Source: Tubulanus polymorphus
Lineage: Eukaryota; Animalia; Nemertea
Direction of reading: 5' to 3'
Length of the DNA: 64,000 nt
Assembly: GCF_964204645.1 (NCBI RefSeq)
Contig: NC_134035.1
Location: 13,886,686-13,950,685 of the forward strand
The notes beneath the pieces were generated by a model that searched no databases, was not told the origin of the DNA, and saw nothing but the letters and a program-made list of their open reading frames with translations. Positions 1 to 11,203 of this stretch are shown in pieces (the stretch's first letter is position 1; every line of letters begins with the position of its first letter). Position numbers and translations under genes: made by a program.

Positions 1-249
1 CAATTATTTTTATGAGAGCTCGATGACAATATCAACTCTTCATAAATCCGATTCCTTTGCATCAAGTGAGGATCTGAAAATGACTCGTTGTTCTTCATCT
101 GTAATATATCTGATCATCTCAAAATGCAGGAATGATCTATTGAAATATTCTACTGGTATAGGAATTATGGAATTATTGCATATAGACGCAGAATGTTGAT
201 ACGAGCCACAACATGTCCACAATCAACAATCGAGTTGATGTATTTTGTC

Positions 250-930
250 GGGACAGTGACTCATCAGTATTTGAATTACAGCCCTTCTTATCATATCTCA
301 TACAAACAATTTTATCGAGACATTGTTCATTACGTGAGTCACCGCGGGGAACTGACTAATCTGTACTTTTGAATTACGACCTTCTTATCATATGATAGAT
401 TAATTTTTTGTCGTTATTTTTTGAATCGGGTAATAAACAAACCGATAAAGAATTTTGATTTGCAGCCCTTCTTATCAAATCTGGTGATATAGTTATTTGT
501 TTTGTGTCGCAGATAACAAACCGATAAAAAACCATTTGAAGGAAATTTTTATCTAGACAGTTTTATGTGGTTACCAGGGAAATGACGTAACAGTACTTGA
601 ATTGCAGTACCTTCTTATCAAATCTGGTGATATAATATTATTTGTTTTGTGTCCCAGGTGATAAACACCGATAAAGAAATCATTGGAAGAACAATTTTGT
701 CTGGACATTTTTATGTGGTGACACCGGGGGCAGTAACCAATCAGTGCTTTGAATTGCCGATGTTCTTATCAATTCTCTTAAGATAGATTTGTTTTCAAAC
801 CATTGAAGAACCATTTTACTAAGACATTTATTACGTGTCACCGGGTGCGGGTGGTTTCTGAATTTTCGGCCATTATTTTATCAGTTTATCTTAATAACAG
901 CCAATCAGACGTTTTGAATTAAAGCCCCTT
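250..930. repeat. Degenerate repeats rich in CTTATCA/GATAA (GATA-type) and CCAATCAG motifs
   Basis: Recurrent 'cttcttatca' (~285, 380, 470, 610, 763), 'accgataaa' and 'ccaatcag' blocks; two near-identical 'cttcttatcaaatctggtgatata...ttatttgttttgtgtc' copies. Confidence 0.5.
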
Positions 931-974
931 CTTTAAGTGATCAATCAGACGAATGATATGAGCCTGTTCCCACA

Positions 975-2430
975 TAGCTGATTATGGGGGGGGGTGTAAT
1001 GATCACAGCACACAGCTTCATTCCACACATCTCACAAGATCTCTGAGTCCTCAATATCAAAATAACAAATTCAAAGAAAATGAAATTTATTTTGCATCTT
1101 CAAAATATTCATTGATTACACATCATGGAACAAAACACTGATCCAACTATGAACACTTTATTAACAAGGAATAGTGACGTTTCTTGTGGGTAAAACCCAA
1201 AAAATATATAGTGTCTCAATGAATCTTAATTTTACAACCGTAATTACCCCCTTGAGTTGAAAAAAAACCCAGGTTCAAGTAAAAACTACATGTAGTTATA
1301 GTTTTGTAATTTACTTCTTAATAACTCGAAGTAAACTTAGTTAATTTTTGATTAATTACGACCGGGACCCGCTTCCACATTGACCGACTACAAAAATGAA
1401 TTCATTTCTAGTTCCACACAGTGTTTTAGTTTGAGGTCAAACATTTGGAAATAAATGGACTAACATAAACTCAGATCAAGGGGGCTCAGATTTATGGAAC
1501 TGGGTTCCCGCGGGGAGGGGCGGGGTGCCTGGTAACTATGTACACAATATTTTATCTAAATGGCTCGTGTCATGAACGCGTGTTATGTTGGTACTGTTTA
1601 TCTTATTTTGTTTGATTTAGCAACCATTAGTCTGGAATCGTTCATCACGGACGTCTTCTGTTGACATTGAGTCACCGCACTTACCTAACCCTACGAGCAA
1701 TTACCTCAGCAAATATAATTGAGATCATGAATTACTAGTAGCCTAACCCTAAATAACCGGCCTAAATCAAGTGTGTAAATCCTCACTGACGTAACTATTT
1801 CCGTTTTGGACATAGTTAGTATTTCCGTTCCTTCATCATCATGACTAACTGACGATTATGGGGGGAGGGGGGATAATTATCATTCCACACAGCTCACAAG
1901 GTCTCTGAGTCCTCAATATCAAAATAACGAATTCAAAGAAAATTTAATTTATTTTGCATCTTAAAAATATGACATAAATTTAATTTCTATAATATACAAT
2001 ATTATAACGATACATGTAATTATGATAATATCGATACATCCATGATAAAATAAAACACTGATAAAACAGAAACAACTTTGGAATAGTGACGTTTATTGTG
2101 AGTAAAACCCGAAAATTATTTGTAGTGTTTCAATGAATCTTAGTTAACTAACTGTAATCCTCTTGAGGTGAAAAACTTGAAACTAGTCACATTTATGTAA
2201 TTGTGAGTTAGATTAATTCGAAATTAAAAGATTGGTTATTTTCTAAATACTTACCACCAGGACCCACATTGACTCGACTGACTACCAAAATTAATTAATT
2301 TCTACCATTTCTAGTGTTTTAACTTAGAAAAAACTCGATCCTTGATCCATGTCTAATTTATGAATTCGAGGTCAAATATTTGGAAATAAATCAACTAGCT
2401 CAGATCATTCTGTGAAACTGGGGTCCTGCT
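975..2430. repeat. Imperfect local duplication (~975-1510 vs ~1850-2430)
   Basis: Shared colinear blocks: 'gattatggggggg', 'tctctgagtcctcaatatcaaaataac', 'gaatagtgacgttt', 'gaggtcaaa..tttggaaataaat', 'ctcagatca'. Confidence 0.75.
1364..1509. mobile_element. Small MITE-like element, imperfect TIRs of consensus GGGACCCAGTTCCACA
   Basis: Left 'gggacccgcttccaca', right 'tggaactgggttccc'; degenerate paralog at ~2257-2428. Confidence 0.5.
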
Positions 2431-3100
2431 TGAGGGGAGGGTCCCGCTGGAGGGCGGGGGGGGTCCTGCTGGAGAGGGAGGGTGCCGGGAAAGTTCCTCA
2501 CAGTTCTCGGATACATTTGACTGAGATGTAGAATTTAACGCATCGCTAGGCAACGACAAACGGTCGACATTGTTGAGAAACAGGATGAAACACGAATTGC
2601 AAAAACAGAAGACTGATTTGAATTGAATATGAATCCATTACTGGACGGAAGTGTTGTTCATCTAATATCTATTCACATTTACACCTGTATCCATAGTTAT
2701 ATAGCTGGTTGTCATCAATTTAGATATTTATTACATTTATCATTTAAAATCGGGCCATAACGATTTCGACAAAACAAAAAAGTACTTTCAAAAGCGAATA
2801 ACTGTAAATAGAAGCTTTGATTTGGAAACAGAAATCAGGTTCTGCGTGACCTGCTGAAAACTAGCATTTTAAACCATTTGAAAATTATCAATCTCAAAAC
2901 TGATAAAGGCCCAGTTCATTGATTCAAACTCAAAATGAATCAATAAAAATGAATAAACAATGAACGAGGAATTTATTTTGCATTTCAAAATTACATCAAT
3001 TATAATGAAGATTTTTACAAGTTTTCATATGAAATTATATTTCTACATTTTTGTAATGATAAAATACTCTATAATGATAATGATAATAATAAATACATTG

Positions 3101-6100
3101 CTATAATCGACGAATATCAGCCATAGTTAAAGCTATATATTTACACAGATCTGTTTTAGTGTCGGTCGGAAAAAGACAAACTTCGTTTTCTGTGGAACAA
3201 ATCGCTTGGAATTGACGCGGAAACAAACTGACTCGACGAGTTGGCTTTCTCGTCGATACCACTATAAACTGATCTAAATATGTGTGATTTCTGTCGACAA
3301 ACATTATGTGTTTGGAATTATTCTGAAATTAACATTGCAGATAATTATTCGTATTAGTGATTTATAAGCATTAGATATCGACAAAGCGATCAAAATAACG
3401 ATCACAAATAGATCGAAATATATATGTTGAAAATAACGATCGAGTTAGACTTGAAAAACGCTAAAAAGAAGATGAAATCAAGAACGACTTACAGGAATGG
3501 ATGTATTTTCAGCTAAAGTGGTTCCGGATACATCTACAGCGAATGATTCTATTGAAGACGGACTATTGTCGAGTTTCTTACACAAAATATTCAATAATTT
3601 CACCTAAAACAAAATCATTGAAATTATTTTAATGAATACTATTCATTTCAGATATGACTTTCACGACTGATATCGCGGTTATTGTCATCACACTATTGAC
3701 TGGTTACCAGTTACCACACCTGACTGGTCACCAGTCACCACACCTGACTGGTCACCAGTCACCACACTGACCAGACAAACTTACAAACTCCCCTAATCAC
3801 TCCTGGTCTATGGTCTAGCGGTTAGCGTGGTCGGCTGGCGTTCCGTTGGTCTGTGGTTCGAGTCCTGCTAGGGGTTAGGGTTTGCGACGGGTTAGGGTTA
3901 TGGCTAGGGTTAGGGTTACCTACCAGCTCTCAAAGGGTTAGCGTCACGGCCGTACTAGGTTTAGAGTCACACGCTGGGCTCAATTTTTGCTTGGAGGTTA
4001 AATTTTAAACTCGTTTTGTTAAAAGAAATTTCTCTTTTTTTAAAAGAACTGCCCTTGAATATTTGAATATTGTTGTTTACGTCACAGTTTCATTATGAAT
4101 ATATAATTTGAATAATCAATAACGGTTTTATGTGTTGAATACATACGATGGTGTCACGTGGGTTGTCGACGATATTACGTAACACGACGCGTTGCATTTT
4201 ATATCTGATTAAATCTAAATGTTCAAAATCCGTCCCATCTACAAAATATACACAACATGATATTATATTTACAGTCACTAACTTATCAAACAGCTATTTT
4301 TGGGGGGGGGGGGGGTAAATTAACAAGAAGAATTATACAAGTACAATCTAATATAGAATTCTCAAATCCAAGTCTAAACTTACACCTGATATAAGGTTAA
4401 ACCTGGACCATAATTCTGAAAACTTACCGAATGAATAGGCGACAACAGTGTTGACAGTTTTACTCGGTGTAAACTGCATTTCAGAGAAGAATTCTGAGAC
4501 TCGATGCCAAATTAAATCTGGTATCGCACACGTCACATCTACTGTTACCAATCTCAAACTATCTTGGAAATATTTCAGAAATATCCGAGAACTTTCTTCA
4601 TAAAGAATCGCTCGTTTCTGTAATAGATTGAAATACCACAACATATTCAATACTGTTAACGCCTCATCCTCTGGGATTATTGACAACTCCCACCTCTGGG
4701 GTATACCTGAGTTCTAGGACCACTTCCTCCCACAATTCAGGGTTACCTGAGTTCTAGGACTCCCACTCACCCCATGAGGGTTACCAGGACCACTAACTCC
4801 CACCCCATGAGGGTTACTAGGACCACTAACTCCCACCCCATGAGGGTTACTATGACCACTCCCTCCTACCCCATGAGGTTTACCTGAGTTCTAGAGGCGT
4901 CTGCTTCGTCAGATTGTCCACAGATATCTAACTGTTTGTTAGCCGGTGCTCCAGCTCCAGCTCCTCCAGATTTCACATCCACTCCAGATTTCACATCCAC
5001 GTGTTTAATCAGTTTGTCTTTAGGCACCGCTAAATTCAACGCAAACATCACTGGATACTGTGTGTGTGTAAATAATATTAGTTACATATCATTATAAACA
5101 CTGAATACTGTAAATAATATTAGTTACATATCATTATAAACACTGAATACTGTAAATAATATTAGTTACATATCCTAAAAAACCCTAGGATACATTTTAA
5201 GTTAGTTTAAAATATAGTTTTATATTCTATCAGTGGTCGCTGTGGAGGGAAGGACAGACGCAGAAAGCGCCGGGTCACATCACATCATAGGTGCACAACC
5301 GAATCAGCTCGACGAGTATTGTGTGTCATCTTTATACAATACTCTATAAAACAGAATGTATCGTATAATTCCAGGTAGTTAAATAGTTATAAGAATGCAA
5401 CTATCACAATTTTCACGATGAAGTTTATTTACAATCTCGATTTCTACTCATCGCTTCGAGTCCTTTTCAAGAAATGATATGAATGTATCGTCTTGGGGTT
5501 TCTGCACGAGTCTAGATTTAGAGTTTGGGGAATCGGGGATTCATTTATAAATTCATTGCATATTTCTGTAACAGATTTTCTGTTCTTATTGAAGAAAAAC
5601 CATTCATATAAAAACCATAAATATGACACAAAACTTTTTGACCTTTCGACAGTTTTGAAAATGATTCATAAAATTGAGTCGAAAAGTCAAAAACCTTCCT
5701 AAGTGTTTTCTTCGTGCGGGTTTTTTCAGTTGAATGATAAAGTTGGAATGTTACTTCGGGAAATTCTTCTCTTGACAAAAACACGTCGATAAACCGAAAA
5801 AAAACCTCTTGACGTAATCAGATAATGACGAGGGTGAAGGTCGCCGCACGTCGCGGTCATAAAACACCGATTACGACGAAAACCGGATTATACCGGTTTG
5901 GTCTTTAAGTTTAGCAGTACTTGAAAACATTTAATGATTGTGTCAAACATTTGGAAAACATTAGATCTGTTTATACCCGGACTTTAGTAAATTGAGTTTT
6001 TGATAAACACATCTGATTTTAAGTTTGTTGTTAACTTCTAGTTTTTTGTCAAGGTGTCTATTTGTTGGTGAAGAAATGACGACATGGACTCCTAGTGACT

Positions 6101-9100
6101 ACAACTGGAACTAAATAGTATATTGTTGACAGATGATAGAATCGTCATGGAAACCACAGCCGTTAAATGACGTACCTTCTGTTCGAGACGTTCCAGTTCT
6201 TTTTGACAGTCATTTGTGAATGTCGGTAATTTCAGTAAATAGCGCAAATTAGGAACAATATCGATGACGTAATCGCCTTCCTCTGCGGCCTGTATTTTAT
6301 CAATCATCGAATCGACGACCCATTTCATCGTTACGCAGCCCGGTGATTCCTGTTTATGGGACAAACATTTAATGCTGAATTATAAATATTTCTCCTCCCA
6401 GGAATAGAAACAATATATGTGTACCTTACACTGGTAGAAATGATAGAACACGACGATCTTCTCATTCTCAAAGACTTCAACGATTCAGTAAAATTATGAT
6501 TCGTTACTAATGGCAACCTTCTCGGTCTCAACAATTTCAACGATTCAGAATAATTATGATTAATTATTGATTGAAACTTTTTCTAATAACTTGAAAAAAG
6601 ATAGTCTGTATTGATCAGGGGTTGAGGGGCGGGGAGGAGAGGGGAGAGGGGGGTACGTGTTGACTGAATGCAATATAAAAACATGGCCACCGACATTCCA
6701 CGAATAACTCTATTGACGAAGCTTTTAACGTTTGACATTTTAGAGATATCCGATATCTTTATATCAAGATAATTCCTGCACGTATTGATCCAAAATTGTC
6801 TCAGTCAATCTCACATTTCGCCCACCCCCCCCCCCCCTCCCTCCCTTCCTTTCCATTCCGTCTCTCCCTCTCTCATTATTCTCAAACGAACAAAATCGAT
6901 TACGACATTTCACGATATCTATATCAAATCTGTCAATATTATTGCCGTCGTCTTGGAAACGTATTCTATGTATAATTTTTAGATCAAACTGTCAGAAAAC
7001 CGCGCGTTAGCGGAGAGTCAAATTAGGGTATAATGAGGGTCCAATCCAGGGTCCATGGAGGATGATGGCCATCGTAAAAACAGATCAGACACTCTACAAC
7101 TCTGAAACCAGTTTCATAGTGTACGTAGGTTTGATTTTACTCTGAACCTAGTTCCACAGTTGTCTGGGTATATTTGACTTCCACAGTTGTGTGGGTTTAA
7201 TTGGACCCTGAACCCAGTTCCACAGTTGTGTGGGTTTAATTGGACCCTGAACCCAGTTCCAAAGTTGTGTGACTATTTCACTGTAGATCCAGTTCCACAG
7301 TGTGGGTTTTATTTGCCACTGTGGATCCAGTTCCACAGTGTGGGTTTTATTTGACTGTGGATCCAGTTCCACAGTGTGGGTTTTATTTGACTCTGAACCC
7401 AGTTCCACAGTTGTGTGGGTTTAAATGGACCCTTTGGATCCAGTTCCACAGTTGTGTGGGTTTAATTTGACTCTTTGGATCCAGTTCCACAGTTGTGTGG
7501 GTTTAGTTTGACTCTGAACCCAGTTCCACAGTTGTGTGGGTTTAAATGGACCCTTTGGATCCAGTTCCACAGTGTGGTTTTTATTTGCCACTGTGGATCC
7601 AGTTCCACAGTGTGGGTTTTATTTGCCACTGTGGATCCAGTTCCACAGTGTGGGTTTTATTTGCCACTGTGGATCCAGTTCCACAGTGTGGGTTTTATTT
7701 GACTGTGGATCCAGTTCCACAGTGTGGGTTTTATTTGACTCTGAACCCAGTTCCACAGTTGTGTGGGTTTAAATGGACCCTTTGGATCCAGTTCCACAGT
7801 GTGGGTTTTATTTGCCACTGTGGATCCAGTTCCACAGTGTGGTTTTTATTTGCCACTGTGGATCCAGTTCCACAGTGTGGGTTTTATTTGCCACTGTGGA
7901 TCCAGTTCCACAGTGTGGGTTTTATTTCACTGTAGATCCAGTTCCACAGTGTGGGTTTTATTTGCCACTGTGGATCCAGTTCCACAGTGTGGGTTTTATT
8001 TGCCACTGTGGATCCAGTTCCACAGTGTGGGTTTTATTTGCCACTGTGGATCCAGTTCCACAGTGTGGGTTTTATTTGCCACTGTGGATCCAGTTCCACA
8101 GTGTGGGTTTTATTTGCCACTGTGGATCCAGTTCCACAGTGTGGGTTTTATTTGCCACTGTGGATCCAGTTCCACAGTGTGGGTTTTATTTGCCACTATG
8201 GATCCAGTTCCACAGTGTGGGTTTTATTTGCCACTGTGGATCCAGTTCCACAGTGTGGGTTTTATTTGACTCTGAACCCAGTTCCACAGTTGTGTGGGTT
8301 TAAATGGACCCTTTGGATCCAGTTCCACAGTGTGGGTTTTATTTGCCACAGTGGATCCAGTTCCACAGTGTGGGTTTTATTTGCCACACTGTGGATCCAG
8401 TTCCACAGTGTGGGTTTTATTTGCCACTGTGGATCCAGTTCCACAGTTTGGGTTTTATTTGCCACTGTGGATCCAGTTCCACAGTTGTGTGGGTTTTATT
8501 TGCCACTGTGGATCCAGTTCCACAGTGTGGGTTTTATCTGCCACACTGTGGATGACCCTGCTGATGAAGAGTTCGGGAGCTCTAGAGTCTTCTGTACCTT
8601 GATTATATCTTGAATATCTTTATTATTTACGTTCATATCTTTAACTTTCTGCGGAAGTTCGTCGAGTATAATTTCCTCTGTACTCAAGTGATGGAATCCA
8701 TACGTGTGCATCAGATCGTCCAATACGCGACCTTTCTTCGATCCGGGTCCCCCTGAAATACAATCACTCAGAATTATATACGGTACGTGATGTCGTGTCG
8801 TAGTTCCACCGCGTTTTGTGTGGCCCCAGACTGCAGCTGAATTCAGGAATTCAGACACGATGTACCTAACACTTAACACCGCTAATAATAGCTGCCTATA
8901 GCTAGACACGACACAGGTGTTAAATTGTAATTAATTTGGTCCGTTGTTGTTATTGTCTGGTATCCGACAATAGACAATCGATATTACAGACAGCAGCAAG
9001 TTTACGATACGATAGTGCTCTGTAGGGCTACCGCGGGCCTGATCGATTGGGCGCACATCGCGTTATGGTCAGGTGCCATTAAACCGTGTCTCCACGGGCA

Positions 9101-9969
9101 TGGGGTGGTGGATAAACCCAATAATAGTAAATAGGGACCTGAGGAGAGTTTAGAAATGGATCGGGCCGCGGTACTACTGAGTCTGAATTCAACTATATTC
9201 GCCAGCAGGTTCGCGTGCTCGTGGTGTGTCCAGCCCCGGGCTGCTTAGGGTTTTAATTAGGAGTAGTGGTATAAACTATTGGAGCCGGAACTCCAATTGA
9301 CGGAGCCACCCGTCGGGTCTGTCGCCGCGTTCATTAGCGATCATTATTATGAGATATAGATCAATATTAGGCAGTAACGGCACAGCGCAGTACGTGACAG
9401 TTACTACTAAACATTAATGATATCAGCGAGTGGAGATATTGATTTTGTCTATTTACTATAATTTACGATGTCTCCCGCTCTGCGAGCGCTGAGTGTCGCG
9501 AATCACGTACGCTACATAACAGATCAATACTCTGCACCAGTTCAAACAATAACGAACAACATTGTTTATAAAACATTTTATTGATTGGACAAAATATGTA
9601 GTTCATTTACATACAAGTGCCCGTCGATCCGGGTACCCGTGACCCGGCTCTTAAATTCTACACTCTTTTCAAATTACACGCATAAAGACACGAAACAAAA
9701 TTCATTTCGTAAAAAAGAAAATCATTCCAATTGGTTATAAAGTGATATCCTGCAGGGGAGGTTCATTCAATGATTGACACTTTAATGGCCGACACGTGAC
9801 CAGAGATATACTCACCGAATAGAAACACCAGACGTGGATTCGTATCCAATAATTCTACTTTTTTATCAACGCGAATACTGACTTTAGGCAGACGATTATT
9901 TGTGTCTGCTCCGTTTGATTTATCTCCGCGTTGAGGTGATGTTTGATCTTTACTTCCTCCGCAGCCCAT
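3101..9969 (-). CDS. Adenylate-kinase-like protein, N-terminally acylated, degenerate active site; 8 exons (9969-9816, 8752-8598, 6349-6176, 5057-4884, 4617-4428, 4238-4147, 3603-3493, 3322-3101), ~423 aa
   Basis: Phase-consistent GT-AG exons. MGCGGS N-terminus; LVFLFGGPGSKKGR P-loop-like motif; YGFHHLSTEEII; YVIDIVPN; DEADASRTQKRAILYEESSRIFLKYF resembling the AK1/AK5/CMPK C-terminal helix. Confidence 0.8.
3804..3920 (+). mobile_element. tRNA-derived SINE head or tRNA pseudogene followed by a TTAGGG-like tail (intronic)
   Basis: Pol III A-box TGGTCTAGCGG (3811) and B-box GGTTCGAGTCC (~3855) with tRNA spacing; stems poorly paired; followed by gttagggtt repeats. Confidence 0.55.
4695..4895. 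repeat. Degenerate tandem repeat including the AK-like exon 4 donor (CTAGAACTCAG|GTA)
   Basis: 'tacctgagttctag' at ~4704, 4744 and 4881 (the real donor), with degenerate copies between. Confidence 0.8.
5051..5175. repeat. 42-bp tandem repeat (x3) spanning the AK-like exon 4 acceptor
   Basis: Minus strand TAATATTATTTACAG|TATTCAGTG copies versus the real ...TTTACACACACACAG|TATCCAGTG. Confidence 0.8.
7140..8552. repeat. 38-bp minisatellite (GGATCCAGTTCCACAGTGTGGGTTTTATTTGCCACTGT) in AK-like intron 2
   Basis: More than 30 tandem copies with variants. Confidence 0.95.
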
Positions 9970-11203
9970 CCTCTCTCTCTCTCAATCTCTATCTCATCCT
10001 CTCAAATCTCAATCTCTTTATCTCACTGTAATGTAGTCTGCGAGTTGTGAACACATCGTTTTTGCTGTTTTTGCGTTTGTATTAACGATAAATTCGATAT
10101 TTCACGTCGGATTTTCTAAAAATCCGTTTTTTCGCATTTTACAGCTTCCCAATGTTTACTTCCGCGTTTCTGTCAAAAATACAGCAAATATAAACTAGAT
10201 GGCGTTAGACCCAGGCGCGCTGTAAATCGATAGACCATCAGCACCAAGTGCTGAAATCACTGGCTGGCTGGTGGAGACGGGCGTTGCCGCGCGCGACCGG
10301 AATTGAGTTGAACGCACCCCACGGGTTCTCTGGGCCCCGATCTCGATTGTAGGACCGTCGGTCAATATTCAAATCGATTTACCTATTCATTAGGGCTTCT
10401 GAAAGGGTTCAAATGTGAATATTATCACCCATGTGTAGCGGAGCTACCCATCATCCGGCATTATTCGGAACCACCCTCAGTAGAAGCATTACTCGCTTCC
10501 CTGTGCATGCAAAATACTCGCTTCCCTGTGCCTACCCTAAATATTAAATTTTTTTTATAAATGAGAACATACATCCCAAAACACATTTGACATGTAAAAT
10601 CTGAGAATATTAGCCATAGATCCGGGAATCCATTGATGTGGGGTACGCCCCAGACTTTATAGATGGCAGCACGTTACGCCCGTGAAAGAAAATCTCCCGG
10701 TAAAATTTAATTCAGATAGGTAGGTAAACAAGACTATAAAAATCCACAAAATTCGATGGATGTTTTCTGTATTGTCAGTTGTCACACGATGAGGGGATTA
10801 AAGAAGCGCCGACGTTTTTGCTAAGGCCTAAAAACCCAAGCCCGAAGCTTCCCATGCGCGCAACACTCCTTGTTTGTTGTTGAATCCTTGTGGTGTTGTG
10901 CACGAGTGTCGGAGTGAGACTGTATGACTCAAACAACCAAAATGCCTTGAAATATAACTTTTTTATTTATTCCTTATCGATGTTAACACTTTAAATCATA
11001 TCAGTAATGAATATCCGCTGCTGGAGGCATATTTTACATAATATTTTTGTAGGAAAATAACATAACATTACCGAGAATCGTCGATCAATCAAATTCAATG
11101 AAATTTATTGTTAACTGAGATAGTTTTGGATAGACAAAATATTCATATTGAAATGTATTTTTTGCATTATTATTCATATGGAATTAGTTTAAGGTGATTT
11201 ACT

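Noticed and set aside
40-222. Short minus-strand ORF, and coding-like sequence at ~62000-62400
   Set aside because: No recognisable motif or convincing splice context; cannot be supported without a search.
3804-3875. Functional tRNA gene
   Set aside because: The T-stem and acceptor stem do not pair properly; treated as a SINE or pseudogene.
7148-8613. Many overlapping ORFs here and at 15251-16003, 19308-19635, 30191-31695, 43853-44361, 52890-53564
   Set aside because: All are translations of minisatellites lacking stops in several frames.
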